From Octopus vulgaris (lineage: Eukaryota): DNA of 64,000 nt. A program made the translations under genes and the position numbers. Shown here piece after piece: positions 37,810-51,060 of the stretch. Position 1 is the stretch's first letter; each line of letters opens with the position of its first letter. The notes below the pieces were generated by a model. That model did not search any database. It was not told the DNA's origin and saw only the letters and a program-made list of their open reading frames with translations. The stretch covers positions 67,394,001 through 67,458,000 of the forward strand of contig OX597819.1 in the NCBI GenBank assembly GCA_951406725.2, read 5' to 3'.

Positions 37810-40012
37810 AATATATAGGCTTTTGTCGACCCTAGGTGATACTTGCCCAAGGTGCCACGCAGTGGGACTGAACCCGGAACCATGTGGTTCGTAAGCAAGC
37901 TACTTACCACACAGCCACTCCTTCGCTTTAGTGTCTATCTTATTTAAGTCCTCGATTGCAGAATGTGAGCATTTTAACTTACTGCCATTGCTGACTATTT
38001 TAATACTATCTGATTTATGGCTAAATTTATTGCCCTCCGGTTTGCATACCCTTAACGGGGAATTGTAGAGGAAGCATGTGAGCATTCCGCTGACATATAT
38101 CAGATCTTTGCTGTGTACACGACCCTGGTCAATGCTTCATCATAGTATTGGGTAGGGCGGCGAGCTGGTAGAAACGTTAACACGCCGCAAAAGTGCTTAG
38201 CGGTATTTCGTCTGCCGTTACCTTCTGAGTTCAAATTCCGCCGAGGTCGACTTTGCCTTTCATCCTTTCGGGGTCGATTAAATAAGTACCAGTTACGCAC
38301 TGGGGTCGATATTATCGACTTAATCCGTTTGTCTGTGCTTGTTTGTCCTCTCTGCGTTTAGGTATTTTGTCTGTCGCTGCCCCTTGTGGGCAATAAAAAA
38401 TCAGCTTCATTATAATATTGTGTGGTTTGCTTGTGTTTATTTTTATGATAAAAACAGTTGTAAATTAAATCGACCTATTACATATTACATTTTGTTGTGT
38501 AGTAATTACTTATTTTTCGACATAAAAAGTATTGAAAGTGCTACGACGCCATATAGTTTATTGAAATAAAATTCAAGACGTAAAAAAAACGAACTTCAGT
38601 AAGAAGGTAATACACTTAGAATACTTATTTTCATATTGGTGAGCGTTCTCTCCCGGACACTGCAGATGAGGCGAACAGAGGAATGGCGAACATCAAGAAA
38701 GATGGAGTTCGGTAATGTTTTTTAAATATCACCATAAGAAATGTCTATCGTTATTAGATTTGTTGAAGGGTGAAAATTATTGAAAGGAACCTCTTCATTT
38801 AATCCACCTGATTGGTAAAATATCTGAAAAAAAAAGATATTTCGTTACATAAGGATTGTGAGCATGTCCCGTATTCCTCATCCGCAAAGCTCGCTAGGAA
38901 CCTGACTGTCGGAGCAAGTTGAAATATAAATGTAAATAGTCACAGAACTTGGTCATAATGTAAACCCAGGGAAAATAACATGTTTTTGTCTTATAGCATG
39001 TTAACTCAATTGTTACCAGGAGCTCTGCGTACGCTGAACAAGACGAAGCACACCGTGGACCTCTTTACCCTCTGTTTTTCATATGATAAAGGTGTCCATG
39101 ATCAAAAACTGAACAGGGAAACGACAGATGTCACTACACAAGTCCCACTGAAATATTATGACCAACTTCCCATATTTTGTCATGATTTAAGGTGCATAAG
39201 CAATTAATTTCATACCATGCCACTGCACTTCTTCCCTTAATGCCTTTGCATCGATGAAGCATCTTACATGGAAACAATCGTGTCGTAGCCTACATAGAAA
39301 CATTGTAGAACGCCATACGTATTCCAGCATTATTCTACTCGCTCATGCACAACCTTCACAAACCTAGAGCGGATGGTCAAATATGTTCCCCATCTTGCCC
39401 TCTAAAATCTCCTACTTTCATCCACCAGTACTTCTCAGTGTCAGGTATCGGTGAGAGCGAAACCATTAAGCATGCTTACGATACTAAGGAGCTGTTGATG
39501 TCTGCTATTAAGAAAAATAATACGCAACTAGAATCAAGATAAATTATATAACTAGCACTTTCAGAATCTATATTAGGCAGTAATTATATCTGATAATGAT
39601 TTCATTAAATGACCGTTTGGTATGTAATTTAAGCAAGTAACTGATTTTGTTAAAACTCGCGGAGCAGTTTTTAGGCCAAACCGGAACTGCTGCAGTTACT
39701 TAACAGTGTTCAAACCTTTGACAGGAAGTAGTCTAGTATTCTTGTAATGAAAAATGATATCGATTCATTTATACTTTTCATGACAAATCGATATAAATGC
39801 TATAAAGGTTACAGCATCCCCATCAACCAGCGAAGACAATCATCTTCACAACATAATCGCAATTATAGTGTTGATCTTCACTTCACTTCCAATTCATATC
39901 ACGACCATCATTGTCATGTCATCATCGTCAGAATCTTCACCTACATCAACGTTAAGAAGTATATAGTAAATACGGTATTATATGCTCAACCAATAGAAAT
40001 TACGCATATATT

Positions 40013-40052
<40 letters not shown>

Positions 40053-40214
40053 TACAGGTGTATCGTTCTATTTACCTACATAACATAGGAACAAATTATA
40101 ACCAGTAAGACGTGGCATCGTAAGGGGTATTTTAGAGTTTATAATAGGAATTAGATTCATTTAGCAATTTTTGTTGTCAAGAGCGACTGTCCAGTGGATG
40201 AATTAGAATAAAAT

Positions 40215-40962
40215 ATGAACAAAAGAGAAATGGACGTACGGACTAGCAGTAATCAGATAGAAGGCGATACAAACATTCATTTAGTTGGAACTATAAGGTA
40301 TGTTTCAGTAATTTAATTGACCTTTGGATCTATCCGAAATTTTACAGTTTTTGCAATATTTTTCATGAAAAGATGCGTCAGACTAAAATTATTCCGTATC
40401 TCCATTGTTTGGCTCTTGTAGATTTCATTGCTATTTTGGTATATTTACCAAATTTAATATGGCTGTCAACTATTTTGCAATCTAAGATAGCTCATACAGA
40501 TATTTAAAACTGAAAATTATTTGGGGTCCGTCAATTCTTCTGTATGTATATAGTATTCTTGGATAGCTGTTATCATATCTCTTGAAAGAGTTTTTTTAAG
40601 TTTTCCTCCCTTGTCCGGACTTTAATCTTCTGAACGGTATAAGTCTCACCTTGTAATGCTCTCGTTTCATGTATGTGTTTCTGTTAGGTATACAATGCTA
40701 GAAGGGCTTTGTAAAAATTTAAACGTATACTTTGGATGCTGTACACTTCATTTATTCATTCCTACCAGGTGTGATTATAATAATTACTTCTATCCTTATT
40801 TAATAATGAATATTCCATCCAACAGCCCTCAGTCTCATTTGCAACATAATTCAACAACGCAGTCAGAAACTACTATTTATACAGTGATTACAATAAACTT
40901 GTAATTCCTGCTAACTAAGTTTACCTCCGTCTAATAATTACTTCATAAAACTGCTTCCAAAT
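40215..40962 (+). pseudogene. Array GPCR pseudogene (copy 8), duplicate of copy 6
   Basis: Near-identical to 26452-27200, sharing the early TAA and the SINE truncation, so inactivation predates the duplication. Confidence 0.88.
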
Positions 40963-41292
40963 ATAAGGCAGCGAACTTGCAGAATCGTGTGCACGCCGGA
41001 CAAAATGCTTAACGTTCTTTCGTCCATCTTAACGTTCTGATTACAAATTCCGCCGAGGACAAATTCTCTTTCTGCATTCTTTTATTTTATTACTTCTTTC
41101 ACTCATTTGACGGCGTCCATGCTGCAGCACCGCCTTTAATCGAACAAATCGCTCGCAGAACTTATTCTTTGTAAGCCTAGTAATTATTATATCGTTTTCT
41201 TTTTCAGAACAACTAAGTTACAGGAGCGTAAACATACAAAACTCTATTGTCAAGCGATGATTGGGGAAGAAACACAGACACACAAATAAATA

Positions 41293-41345
<53 letters not shown>

Positions 41346-41893
41346 GCCGAGCTTCTTTTTGCTTCCAAATCCACTCAGAAAGCTTTGATTAGCCTAAGGT
41401 TGTAGTACAGTGAGTCTGAAACAGGAATCATGTGGTTGGGAAGCAAGCTTCTTACCACAGCCATTTCTGCTATTGTCTCGTTGTTTGTAAATATCCGTTT
41501 AGTACCCCGGATACAAAAGCGTTAGACACCGCCGATATCCTACAAACAATAATATTGGCTTTTTTCAGGGTCACTCTCTGATTGAAGTTTCATAGCACGT
41601 TATGATTCTGCACGTTTAAACAGAGATCAGAGAAATTGATATTCAGGCCATTGTGAAAGTCAATAAAATTTTGATCCATAAATGTTTTGGGGGAAATCAT
41701 ATATTAACAAATCAGAGATATACAGAAATGGCTAATATTGGCGTATCAACCTTCGTACTATCAATTAGCTCAGACCGAATCACTTGCCAGGCACACACAT
41801 CGCTGAATCTTTCGATATACTACTTAGATACTTTACTTAAAAGAATATTATTCCATTCTGGTATTTATATATATATATATACATACATATCTA

Positions 41894-41928
<35 letters not shown>

Positions 41929-42479
41929 GTGTGTGTGTGAATGTTCGTGTGTGTCTGTGTCTGTGTGTGAGCGTGTATGTGTGTGTGTTTGTGTGTGTGT
42001 ATGTATGAAGATATGTATATATATTTATCTATATGTGTATATATATATGTGTGTAATTTTGGGAGCTTTGCTTTTGTGGTCCTTTCTAAGAATTCACGTA
42101 AGATTACGACGATACCTATCTGAAAATTTTGGTTTTTCTTCCGAAGTTTCGTTTCGATGATGAGGTTTTCCCTCTTTCTGAAATGCTGTCATTACGTTCG
42201 AAACAGCAGTTTTCAATACAGCAAATATTCGGGCATTTTTTTCATTATGCTGGCGCCTACCATACGACCACCAACAATTTGACCTGTTTGAAAATCCGAT
42301 AGAGTTTTATTATGACAACCAAATAATTGGTTCTCTACCTTTCATTTGTAAAGATGTGGTGGAAAAGCAAATTTAAATCCAAGGCCATTGTATTATCAAA
42401 AGTTACCTGTCAAGGACGGGATACTAATGTAGTATTTAACCATCAGTCTATGTGTTTAGATATTTATATATATATGTAT

Positions 42480-42523
<44 letters not shown>

Positions 42524-43354
42524 ATGTATGTATGTATGTGTGTATATAATGTGGCTTCTTTTATATTAACACGTATACCGCTTCGTCAATCCGTTCATGA
42601 CGTAATATAGCATAAGTTAGAAACCTCCGTCTTAAAACATCATTCCGTCGTCTAACCCATCATCACGTGGATCTTATCGATTTTTATACTAGATTTGAAA
42701 TTACCCCAGAGGATTCGTATCCTACGGTGGAAATTTAATGTACTAATATAGTAATACATACATTCACCATGTTTAGAATTAATTCTATGAAGATACATTA
42801 GACTCATCACCCAACGTGCACAATCCTTCATACTATTCTATGGTTGCACTAGAACTCATTATCACTTTGTTTCATATTTCCCAACACTCCAACAAATTCA
42901 TCAAGCACATCGTCATCATTATGATCAACAGCTGAGACATCAGCATTACCATCATCGCAAATATCATCTGCATTTTCACCAATGTTTGTCGTTAACGTTA
43001 TCATCACAATTATCAGCATTATCATTAACTTCACTGTAAGCGCAATATTCTTTACAGCAGCGGGTAGAAGTTAAAGAAATAAAAACTTCCCAGTCTTCAC
43101 TATACATGTATCTACATACACATACATTTAGATATTTACCTCTTTGTTTTACTATATTATATATAAATACATTTGTATGAAAATATCTAACACATATTAA
43201 AATTATTTACACGAAGCAGATATCGCCCGGCAATACGAGGAAATTTTTGGGATATTTTATAATATAATACATTTTATTAAATTTACTTGTTACGTTCCAT
43301 TACCCTTGCTATCACTATCAGGCTACCTGACATATTGATGAATTAGAAGGGAAT

Positions 43355-44282
43355 ATGAACAAAACAGAAGTGAACGCATCGACCAACAGGTAACCAGACA
43401 GAAAACTATACGAATATACATTTTCTTATAGCTATACAATATGGTTCAATAATTTTATTGATACTTGGATCTATCGGAAATTTTGCCGTTTTTGTAATTT
43501 TTTTCAAGAAGAAAATGCGTCAGACTAAAATTGTTCCATATCTTCATTGCTTGGCTCTTGTGGATTTCATTGCAATTTTGATATATTTACCAAAATTGAT
43601 ATGGCTATCAACTAACTTTCAATATAACATTTCCTATGCAGGTATATTCAACAGTGAAATATATGTGGGATTCACTTTTATTATCTATATGTATTCCTCC
43701 TGGATAACTGTTATCATATCTGTTGAACGTCTTTTGGCAATTTTTTCCCCATTTTCCAGCTTTCATTCTTCTGCACGTTATAAACCCTATATTGTGTTGT
43801 TTTGTCTTCTTTTATGTGTTACCGTTATGTATACAATGTTGACAGTATTTTTGAGGATTAATGTGTATGCTTTTTGTATTGTACACTTCATTTATGCATT
43901 CATACCAGCCATGATATTGATCATCAGTTCGATTCTTATGTTGCATAAATTACTGCATCCACCATACCTCGGTCAAAATTTTCAAAGAAATTCCTCAGAG
44001 AAGAGAAAGAGTACTGTTTATGTCGTCATCGCTATAAACACGCTTTTTCTTCTAACAACGTTCCCTACATCTACTTATTATGTGGTGATGTCACTACTGA
44101 GCAACATGAATACGGTTTTATACCTGTTTTTGGACATGGTAGCTTGTATCAATAACGTGTTCAACTTTATGATGTATGTTGTGGGAAGCAAATCGTTTCG
44201 CGACAATTTGAAACAAATGTTTTGTAAAGGGACTTCAGTGAACAGAAATGCGGTGTATTCGCTGCAGAATTCAACGACCTAA
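43355..44282 (+). pseudogene. Array GPCR copy 9, duplicate of copy 7 with a 1-nt insertion after codon 11
   Basis: ATG at 43355; ACC AAC AGG TAA versus copy 7 ACC AAC GGT AAC (extra A at ~43388); remainder open and nearly identical to copy 7. The track ORF at 43458 starts at TTG. Recent pseudogene or sequence error. Confidence 0.75.
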
Positions 44283-44434
44283 GTCTTTTCATTTTTGAGT
44301 AACTTACCGGTTCAGTAAGTATCTATCTACCTAAATATCTCTAGCTCTCCTAACAATTATCATTTATGTATTATCAATGTATATTTTGTTGTCAATTGCT
44401 CCACACGCTCTAAGTGATATATAAAGACATATTC

Positions 44435-44485
<51 letters not shown>

Positions 44486-45474
44486 TTTATATATATATAT
44501 ATATATATATATACAAATTTTCCTAAATAGAGGAAAGCACCTTTCTCCAAGTGATAGGCTAAAAAGACTGGTATGGCACTGGGATATCTACCCACATTTT
44601 TAGCACAAATAAAAATGTTATATCCATCAATGCGGTGTTGAGAACTCATTTTCATCCTTCAATATTCACGTATCTGTATGTGTGCGTGTGTGTTTGCTTA
44701 TATGTATAAATTATATTATAATATATTCAAACGCATTAAGATACATGTCGATGTTTCACATTTATAATTTTCTAATTCATAGTCTGGGCGGAACATAATC
44801 TCTGCCTATTCCTTAGCAGCTTTCAGACATATTTTCTGAGATAGTTCGGACATATTTTCGAAAGAGAGTGGGGATTCCTCGATGTGTTGCTGAAAGCTCA
44901 TCGATGACCCATCGCCCAATACTTCTCAGCCATTTGTATTTTTACCTATGTATTGCTGTGACTCCTATTTCATTTAGACGCTATATCATAGCCTTTCATG
45001 TTTAAATGTTCTATTATATTGTTTAATAATTAAATAAAATATTATTACAATTATTATTACATAAAAATATTATTACAAAACTGTTGACATAGGATACTAT
45101 TTGGGCTTTTTTTAAACGTTTCTGATTGAGCTTTCGTAATACGTTATGTTTATGCAAGTTTTCACAAATATGAGAACGGAAATTCATGCCTTCGTGGATT
45201 TCAATGAAATCTTGATTGAGAGGTACAGACGTGGCTGTGGGGTAAGAAGCATGCCTCCGATCCACATAGTGGCAACTTGCGAAAGTGTTTTGTACTATAA
45301 CCTCGGGCCGACCAAAGACATGTGAGTGGATTTGGCAGACGAGAACTGAAAGAAGCCCGTCGTATACATACATACATACATACATACATACATACATACA
45401 TACATACATACGTATGTATGTAATTATGTATGTATAAATATATACATGCACACATGTATATGTGTGTCTCTATT

Positions 45475-45645
45475 TGACAACCAATGTTGGTGTGTTTACG
45501 GCCCCGTAACTTAGCGGTTCTGCAAAGGAGTCCAGTAGAATAAGTACTAATCTTACAGAGAATAAATCTTGGTATCGATTTCATCGACTGAAGGTGGTGC
45601 ACCAGCATGGCAGCAGTCAAAGGTCTGAAAAAAGTAAACGGATAA
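45475..45645. mobile_element. SINE-like dispersed repeat (copies at 14100-14250, 27310-27520 inverted, 34885-34949 truncated)
   Basis: Shared cccgtaacttagcggttc...gcaaa...tagaataagtact core. Confidence 0.6.
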
Positions 45646-45699
45646 AGTAATATATGATTACATTGTGGAAGAGAAATGTTAGCCAACGTAAAATACTTT

Positions 45700-46130
45700 T
45701 TTAATGGTGAATACAATTCTTTCATCGTTAGTCATGATAATTCACTGCCTTAAATCTAATTCCTCAATGAGTCAAGTCTTCCATTTTCAAATATAGGTCC
45801 ATCTGGACCTGGGAAAGCAGAAAATATATTTCTTATTTGATGAAAATATCTGACCCTACACCGGTCAGATCTCTCAGATGTTTCCGCAAGATAATCAATA
45901 GCTATGGGATATTTGACCTCAAGTTACTGCAGTAACTGGTCGGCACTCAAGACGGAAACTTGGAAAAGTGCAATAACGTCATTTCCGAGGCTGGTATAAC
46001 TCCCAATGACAACATTTGGTGCCAACGCCTCTAGGATCTTCCGTACGTATATCACCGCATATCTCTCCTCTATTCGCTCTAAGTATCGTATATTGTAAAA
46101 TCTTTCCCAGTAACTCTGCTATCCCAGTGG
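45700..46130 (-). mobile_element. CR1-like LINE 3' relic
   Basis: Minus strand SYWER...LERIEERYAVIY, homologous to the 46600-47060 fragment. Confidence 0.55.
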
Positions 46131-46530
46131 ATATGCGAACCCCTATATCATGTCTGCGTGCATCATATTCTAACCTTTAATTAATCAAAAGTAATATTAA
46201 TTCATTTATACTTTTCGCGTGATATCACTCTAGTTATAATGTACATCAACCAAAGAGCATATTTAATCGACACAATATTAGCCATCATCTAAGATCCCAA
46301 TACACAGCAGCATCACCAGCATCAACACGGTCAACATTACCATTATCAGCAGCATGTGTACATAATTCTATATAATGTATTCTTTTCTTAACACCTCAGT
46401 AAAATTGCTGTAAAATTTTGTTCTCAAGTAGTTGATGCACGATGCATATTTATTTTATATATATATATATATATATACATACATACAGATATTATATATA
46501 TATATATACGTATATGTATATATATATATG

Positions 46531-46596
<66 letters not shown>

Positions 46597-46599
46597 AAG

Positions 46600-47060
46600 T
46601 TTCAACTAAGAGCTGCGGCCATGCTGATGCACCGCCGTTTTGCGCTACACTGTTATTACTAGGTGCCTCCTCTAATATGTGGCACTTGATGAAGTATGGA
46701 GTTTGATATAGCTACCCTCATTTGCACCTCTTTCCGTGAGGTAGGCTCGTCCGGGACTCTCGACAGGAAGAAGTCCAGCTTTGATTTAAAAACCCCTGCA
46801 TCTATTTTGTGCAAGTTCCTCAGACTCTTTGGGAGAATATTAAAAAGCTGTGGGCCCTTGAAACCCAGGCTGTTGTAGTAACTGGTCCTGAAGCGTGATG
46901 GCATTGCTTAGATCTTTGGCACCATGCAGTGTCGTCCCGTTCTGGCATTGGTGTAGCTTTCAATGCCAAAATTTGGCACAATTCCTTCCAGGATCTTCCA
47001 GATATATGCACGCTGCATCGACAACAGATTGCATTCCCAGAATACAGAATGATACTCTTT
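46600..47060 (-). mobile_element. CR1-like LINE 3' end
   Basis: YIWKILEGIVPNFGI...NSLGFKGPQLFNILPKSLRNL...FKSKLDFFLSRVPDEP, a typical CR1 ORF2 C-terminus. Confidence 0.8.
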
Positions 47061-47500
47061 AGTGAGCACATTGAGAAATGCGCAAAGCAACTACTACCAC
47101 AATTTTTAATCTTTCCATTCTACCAATGTGCTATCGGAACACCAACACAAATTACACTAAACAAGGAAACATTCTTCATTGAAAAATACAAGCCCAAACT
47201 TAACCATTCCAACATACTTATACAGAGAAACTCAATCCAAAAGAAAGGCAAATAATTTTAAGCGATTATCTCCCTTACACCGGAAGAAATCACTTATTAC
47301 CTCCCCTTACCTAGATCTTCTTTCAACGTAAACATAACGATTTAAGAAATTTGAAAAGCTGAACGCGAAACCGGTCATTTCTTCTAAACTATGTCATTGT
47401 ATGAAAAAAATTTATAACATTCTTCAGACATATTGACTCAAATATATATTTTTTAACCTTTTAAAACAAGCCGTCTGTAGTTTTTTCACCTTTTACTATT
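47060..47500 (+). mobile_element. Penelope-like 3' fragment with hammerhead motif
   Basis: FSEHIEKCAKQLLPQFLIFPFYQ...KETFFIEKYKPKLN (GIY-YIG C-terminus), hammerhead motif at 47344-47383, ends in (TA)n. Confidence 0.75.
47344..47383 (+). ncRNA. Minimal type I hammerhead ribozyme motif (U3-A8 core variant)
   Basis: Stem I AAGAAAT/ATTTCTT, core UUGAAAA, stem II GC-UGAAC-GC, GAAA, palindromic CCGG, cleavage triplet GUC. Confidence 0.6.
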
Positions 47501-47505
47501 ATATA

Positions 47506-47544
<39 letters not shown>

Positions 47545-47594
47545 CATATATATGTATATATATATATTTATGTATATATATGTATATATATATG

Positions 47595-47717
<123 letters not shown>

Positions 47718-47725
47718 TTATATAT

Positions 47726-47890
47726 AGAATGCGATATAAATCCAAGGCTGCGAAAATTTTCGGAACATTTATAAAGAGTAGGTCTTACAGCCGTTTTCGG
47801 GTTATATAAAATATCTCGGAAACAGCTGTAGAACTTTCTCTTTATAAATCTTCTGAAATCTTTCACAGCCTTGGATTTTTATCTCATTCT
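47726..47890. repeat. ~165-bp imperfect fold-back (MITE-like)
   Basis: Left arm agaatgcgatataaatccaaggctgcgaaaattttcggaacatttataaagag versus right-arm reverse complement agaatgagataaaaatccaaggctgtgaaagatttcagaagatttataaagag. Confidence 0.8.
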
Positions 47891-48046
47891 CTAAATTCAT
47901 TTATATATACGCATGCGGATATATGACCTACGTTGGACTCCTCATTACGCATACTCACCGAACCCGGGGCTTAACTATAGTCTGTCCATAGCACTAAGCA
48001 TTACCTGACACCTATGTGTCTTTTTGACACCATTACCTGTCACATC

Positions 48047-48080
<34 letters not shown>

Positions 48081-48099
48081 TAGATCCCATGCTGAGTTT

Positions 48100-48960
48100 A
48101 AAACAATGACTTTAGAACAGATTTATATCAGATATTTTAATGAATTCAAAAGAGACACTTCAGCAATAGATGCGACGAGGAATATTCGTGTTGTCCACAA
48201 AAATAAAGCTGTAAGTGTTCGGATAGGCCAACGATTACTTAACAAGCTTCACTCGAGAAATTTTTTGCTCACAGATTTCCCTCAAACCGAACAATGTCAA
48301 TATTGACATCCTGAGAACCGTAAAAGGAAAAGCCAAAGTAAACTTCATGAATATTTTTAAAACGTTTATGATTGAAGTTACACTTCGCTCATAAAACTTT
48401 TTCATGTATAAATTTCGCCACGGAATATCTCTTCCTTTGCTTGCAAAATGATCAGTTTAAATAAAAAGTAGGTTCCCTACCGAACCTTTCCTTGGTAAAA
48501 TCATTACAAATTATGAAGTGCACGTTTTCCGTAATCATATGTAATGAAAGCGTCAACCTTTAGCAGGTTAGCACTCAATGAAAATAAACGAGATTATATT
48601 CCCAAACAAGGACTACGCCCGAAAAGATGATGGAACATAGAATATATCAGCATCATGAGGTTTTGCAACAAAAGGAAACAGTTCCTGCGATGTGTTGTCA
48701 TCAATTGAAAGTATTGCACAAAAAACTGCAGAAAAGGGTTATCATTGGTCAATCGCAAAGATTTATAAATCTTAGATAATAATGTAAGACTACATATTAA
48801 CCACGCCACTCAGGACAATATTCACCTCAGTTTGCCCTCTCTGAGTATCGTCTTTTATCCATCATGCAATATGATTTAGAAGGGGAATGTTATAAATTTT
48901 GAAGAAGATTTATTCCTTCAAAGTATTACGCTCGAGTAGTCAACAATTTCGAAATATGTG
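48100..48960 (+). mobile_element. mariner transposase relic
   Basis: EFKRDTSAIDATRNIRVVHKNKAVSVRIGQRLLNKLHSRNFLLTD matches the mariner N-terminal HTH pattern; catalytic-domain remnants at ~48600-48890. Confidence 0.7.
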
Positions 48961-49879
48961 ATGTAACGAGGGTATGTTTAATCGTCATTAAATATATCAA
49001 TTAAGATCAAACAAACATTTCTTTCTCTCCAATCTCGGACTGTTATATGACTGACTTTTGAATTTAAAGTGTGCGCTTGTGTGCTGGTGTTCGTGTTTGT
49101 GCGTGTGTGTGTAACAATTTTTGCATGCACACACGTATATGCTCACACACATACATACACACAAGTACACGTATACGCGCACACACGCACTCACACACGC
49201 ACGCATATTCACAAAATATACATACACAGAAATAGTTCAGATGAAACTAAAAATATTAGTGAATAAATATTGAACGCTATTCGTCTTATTCTCTCCCCTG
49301 GGGTGCCAAAAAAGACAAATGCAGTCTTTGTTCAATGGTAGAACAACTGTCATGTTTACAGAAGGCGTGAAATCCTACGGAGATCACATTTTTAAACGCA
49401 CTAAGTATACGAGTCGCAGGGAATTGAACAAAGTGTTTACGACATTTCTTGAACGATCTTTGCGTACTGGGTTCAAATTCCGCCGAATGTGGGGATGTGA
49501 CGATGGAAAATTACAGATTCAATAAGGGGTTATAAGATTAGTATTTATATTTTCATTAAATTGAAAAGTTATTTTCTAGAGACTAAGAGCGCTCTGCAAG
49601 ATGGAAAGCGTACTATTACTTTCCTTGAGACGTTACAACGTAGAAATTAAGAGTCCGAAATACGACTTAGAAATTTCTTGAAAAATATAGGCTCAAGCAT
49701 GGCCATTGAGGAGGAACATGTTGTGATTAAACTATTTGATTTTAGGCTAGTGATTAATATTAGTTTATATAGAACATATCATAAGCCGAACATAAGCCTC
49801 CACTATATGAAAAAAATTCCGCTCATCCAAGGCTATGATTAATTCTATAGTCAAAAGAGTTTCCTTCAGCAGTCCTAAA

Positions 49880-51060
49880 TTATTGTCTAATTAAGACATT
49901 TGAACGAAAGCGTAGAATACTATAGTTGTGCCATTAGAAGTGTTAGAGATAAGTAAACTATTGATATATACATAGTTATTCTATCAGGAGTTTTTGATGA
50001 CTTGTTCTATAGTGAATTGCAACCTGCTTAAAATTATTTTCATACAGGGAGAATCTAAAACTCGTGATAAGTATACACTAGTTTGTCAACTATGTATTGT
50101 ATGAATAATATTCCTAATACCGCGGGGACAAAGATGCATCCAAGAATTGATCATAACAAAAAAAAATCTCCCAATACTAAAATAAGTTAAACTCCTGTCT
50201 AAATGAAGGTTATAATTCTTTTGTGAGAAGAAAACAGCCATCTCTTATAACACCAAAAGGATGGACTCATACTGATACCAATTAACTCATGAGATTTAAT
50301 AAAGGTAAAACTAGATCACGTAACATGGATCTGATCTGCTATAATTCACCCTATGCTATAAACGTAAACCATGATTAGCTAGCCTATTTTTACTTATCGG
50401 GAAACAAACTTCAGTCTTCCATTGAATGTAGGGAGATATTAACCTGGCATACATTTAAATTTTCATAGTCAAATCTTGTGTTAGTATACATCTATCAGCA
50501 ATAGAAGACTGAGAATGTATTTCGGAATGATACGAGTAACCAGGACATTTCTGATAGCAATTCTGTTCCCATCACAAATGACTTGGATTCATGTAACTGC
50601 ATAGATAACAATTTCTCTAAATGTTCACATTCAATTAGTTCACCTAATAACCCTTTGCTATCGGTTTAAGCAAATATTGCGGATATGCAAACGGTAAACT
50701 TAGAATAGGGCGAATAATAGCAGTGACATCTACTGTGATACCAATGTGAAAAATGTGATAATGATAGTTGCAATGCCTCTCTGTGTCATAACTCTAAGTT
50801 CCCTAGAGATAACAAGAAGTACTGTGGCAACATTCGATGTTACAATAATAATATGAAGAACGGTAGGGCAAATTGCAATAATTTCAGCAGAGAATAGAAT
50901 TAGCTTTCGAATCAACACTTCATTAAGTAACATGGGAATGTCTAGTTGTAAGAGATCGGCTGGATGTGATACAAAATGTTCTACATCCGCGACCGTATGT
51001 CGTTACATATAGCCAACATCGAAAAACGTAAGGCCAGATGAAATAATCATAACGCCAATT
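49880..51060 (-). pseudogene. Possible decayed GPCR of a different subfamily on the opposite strand
   Basis: Manual minus-strand translation gives ordered TM-like blocks: IISSGLTFFDVGY (TM2-like), PTVLHIIIVTSNVATVLLVISRELRVMTQRGIATIII (TM3-ICL2-TM4-like), VTRIIPKYILSLLLLIDVY (TM5-like), INSLLISNTSNGTTIVFYAF (TM7-like); many stops and frameshifts. Confidence 0.35.

Noticed and set aside
43458-44282. 274-aa track ORF as an independent shorter receptor
   Set aside because: Starts at TTG inside TM1; it is the remainder of frameshifted copy 9.
50730-50933. Hydrophobic ORF as a chemotactile (nAChR-like) receptor fragment
   Set aside because: No Cys-loop or ligand-gated channel motifs; surrounding frames fit a GPCR relic better, at low confidence.
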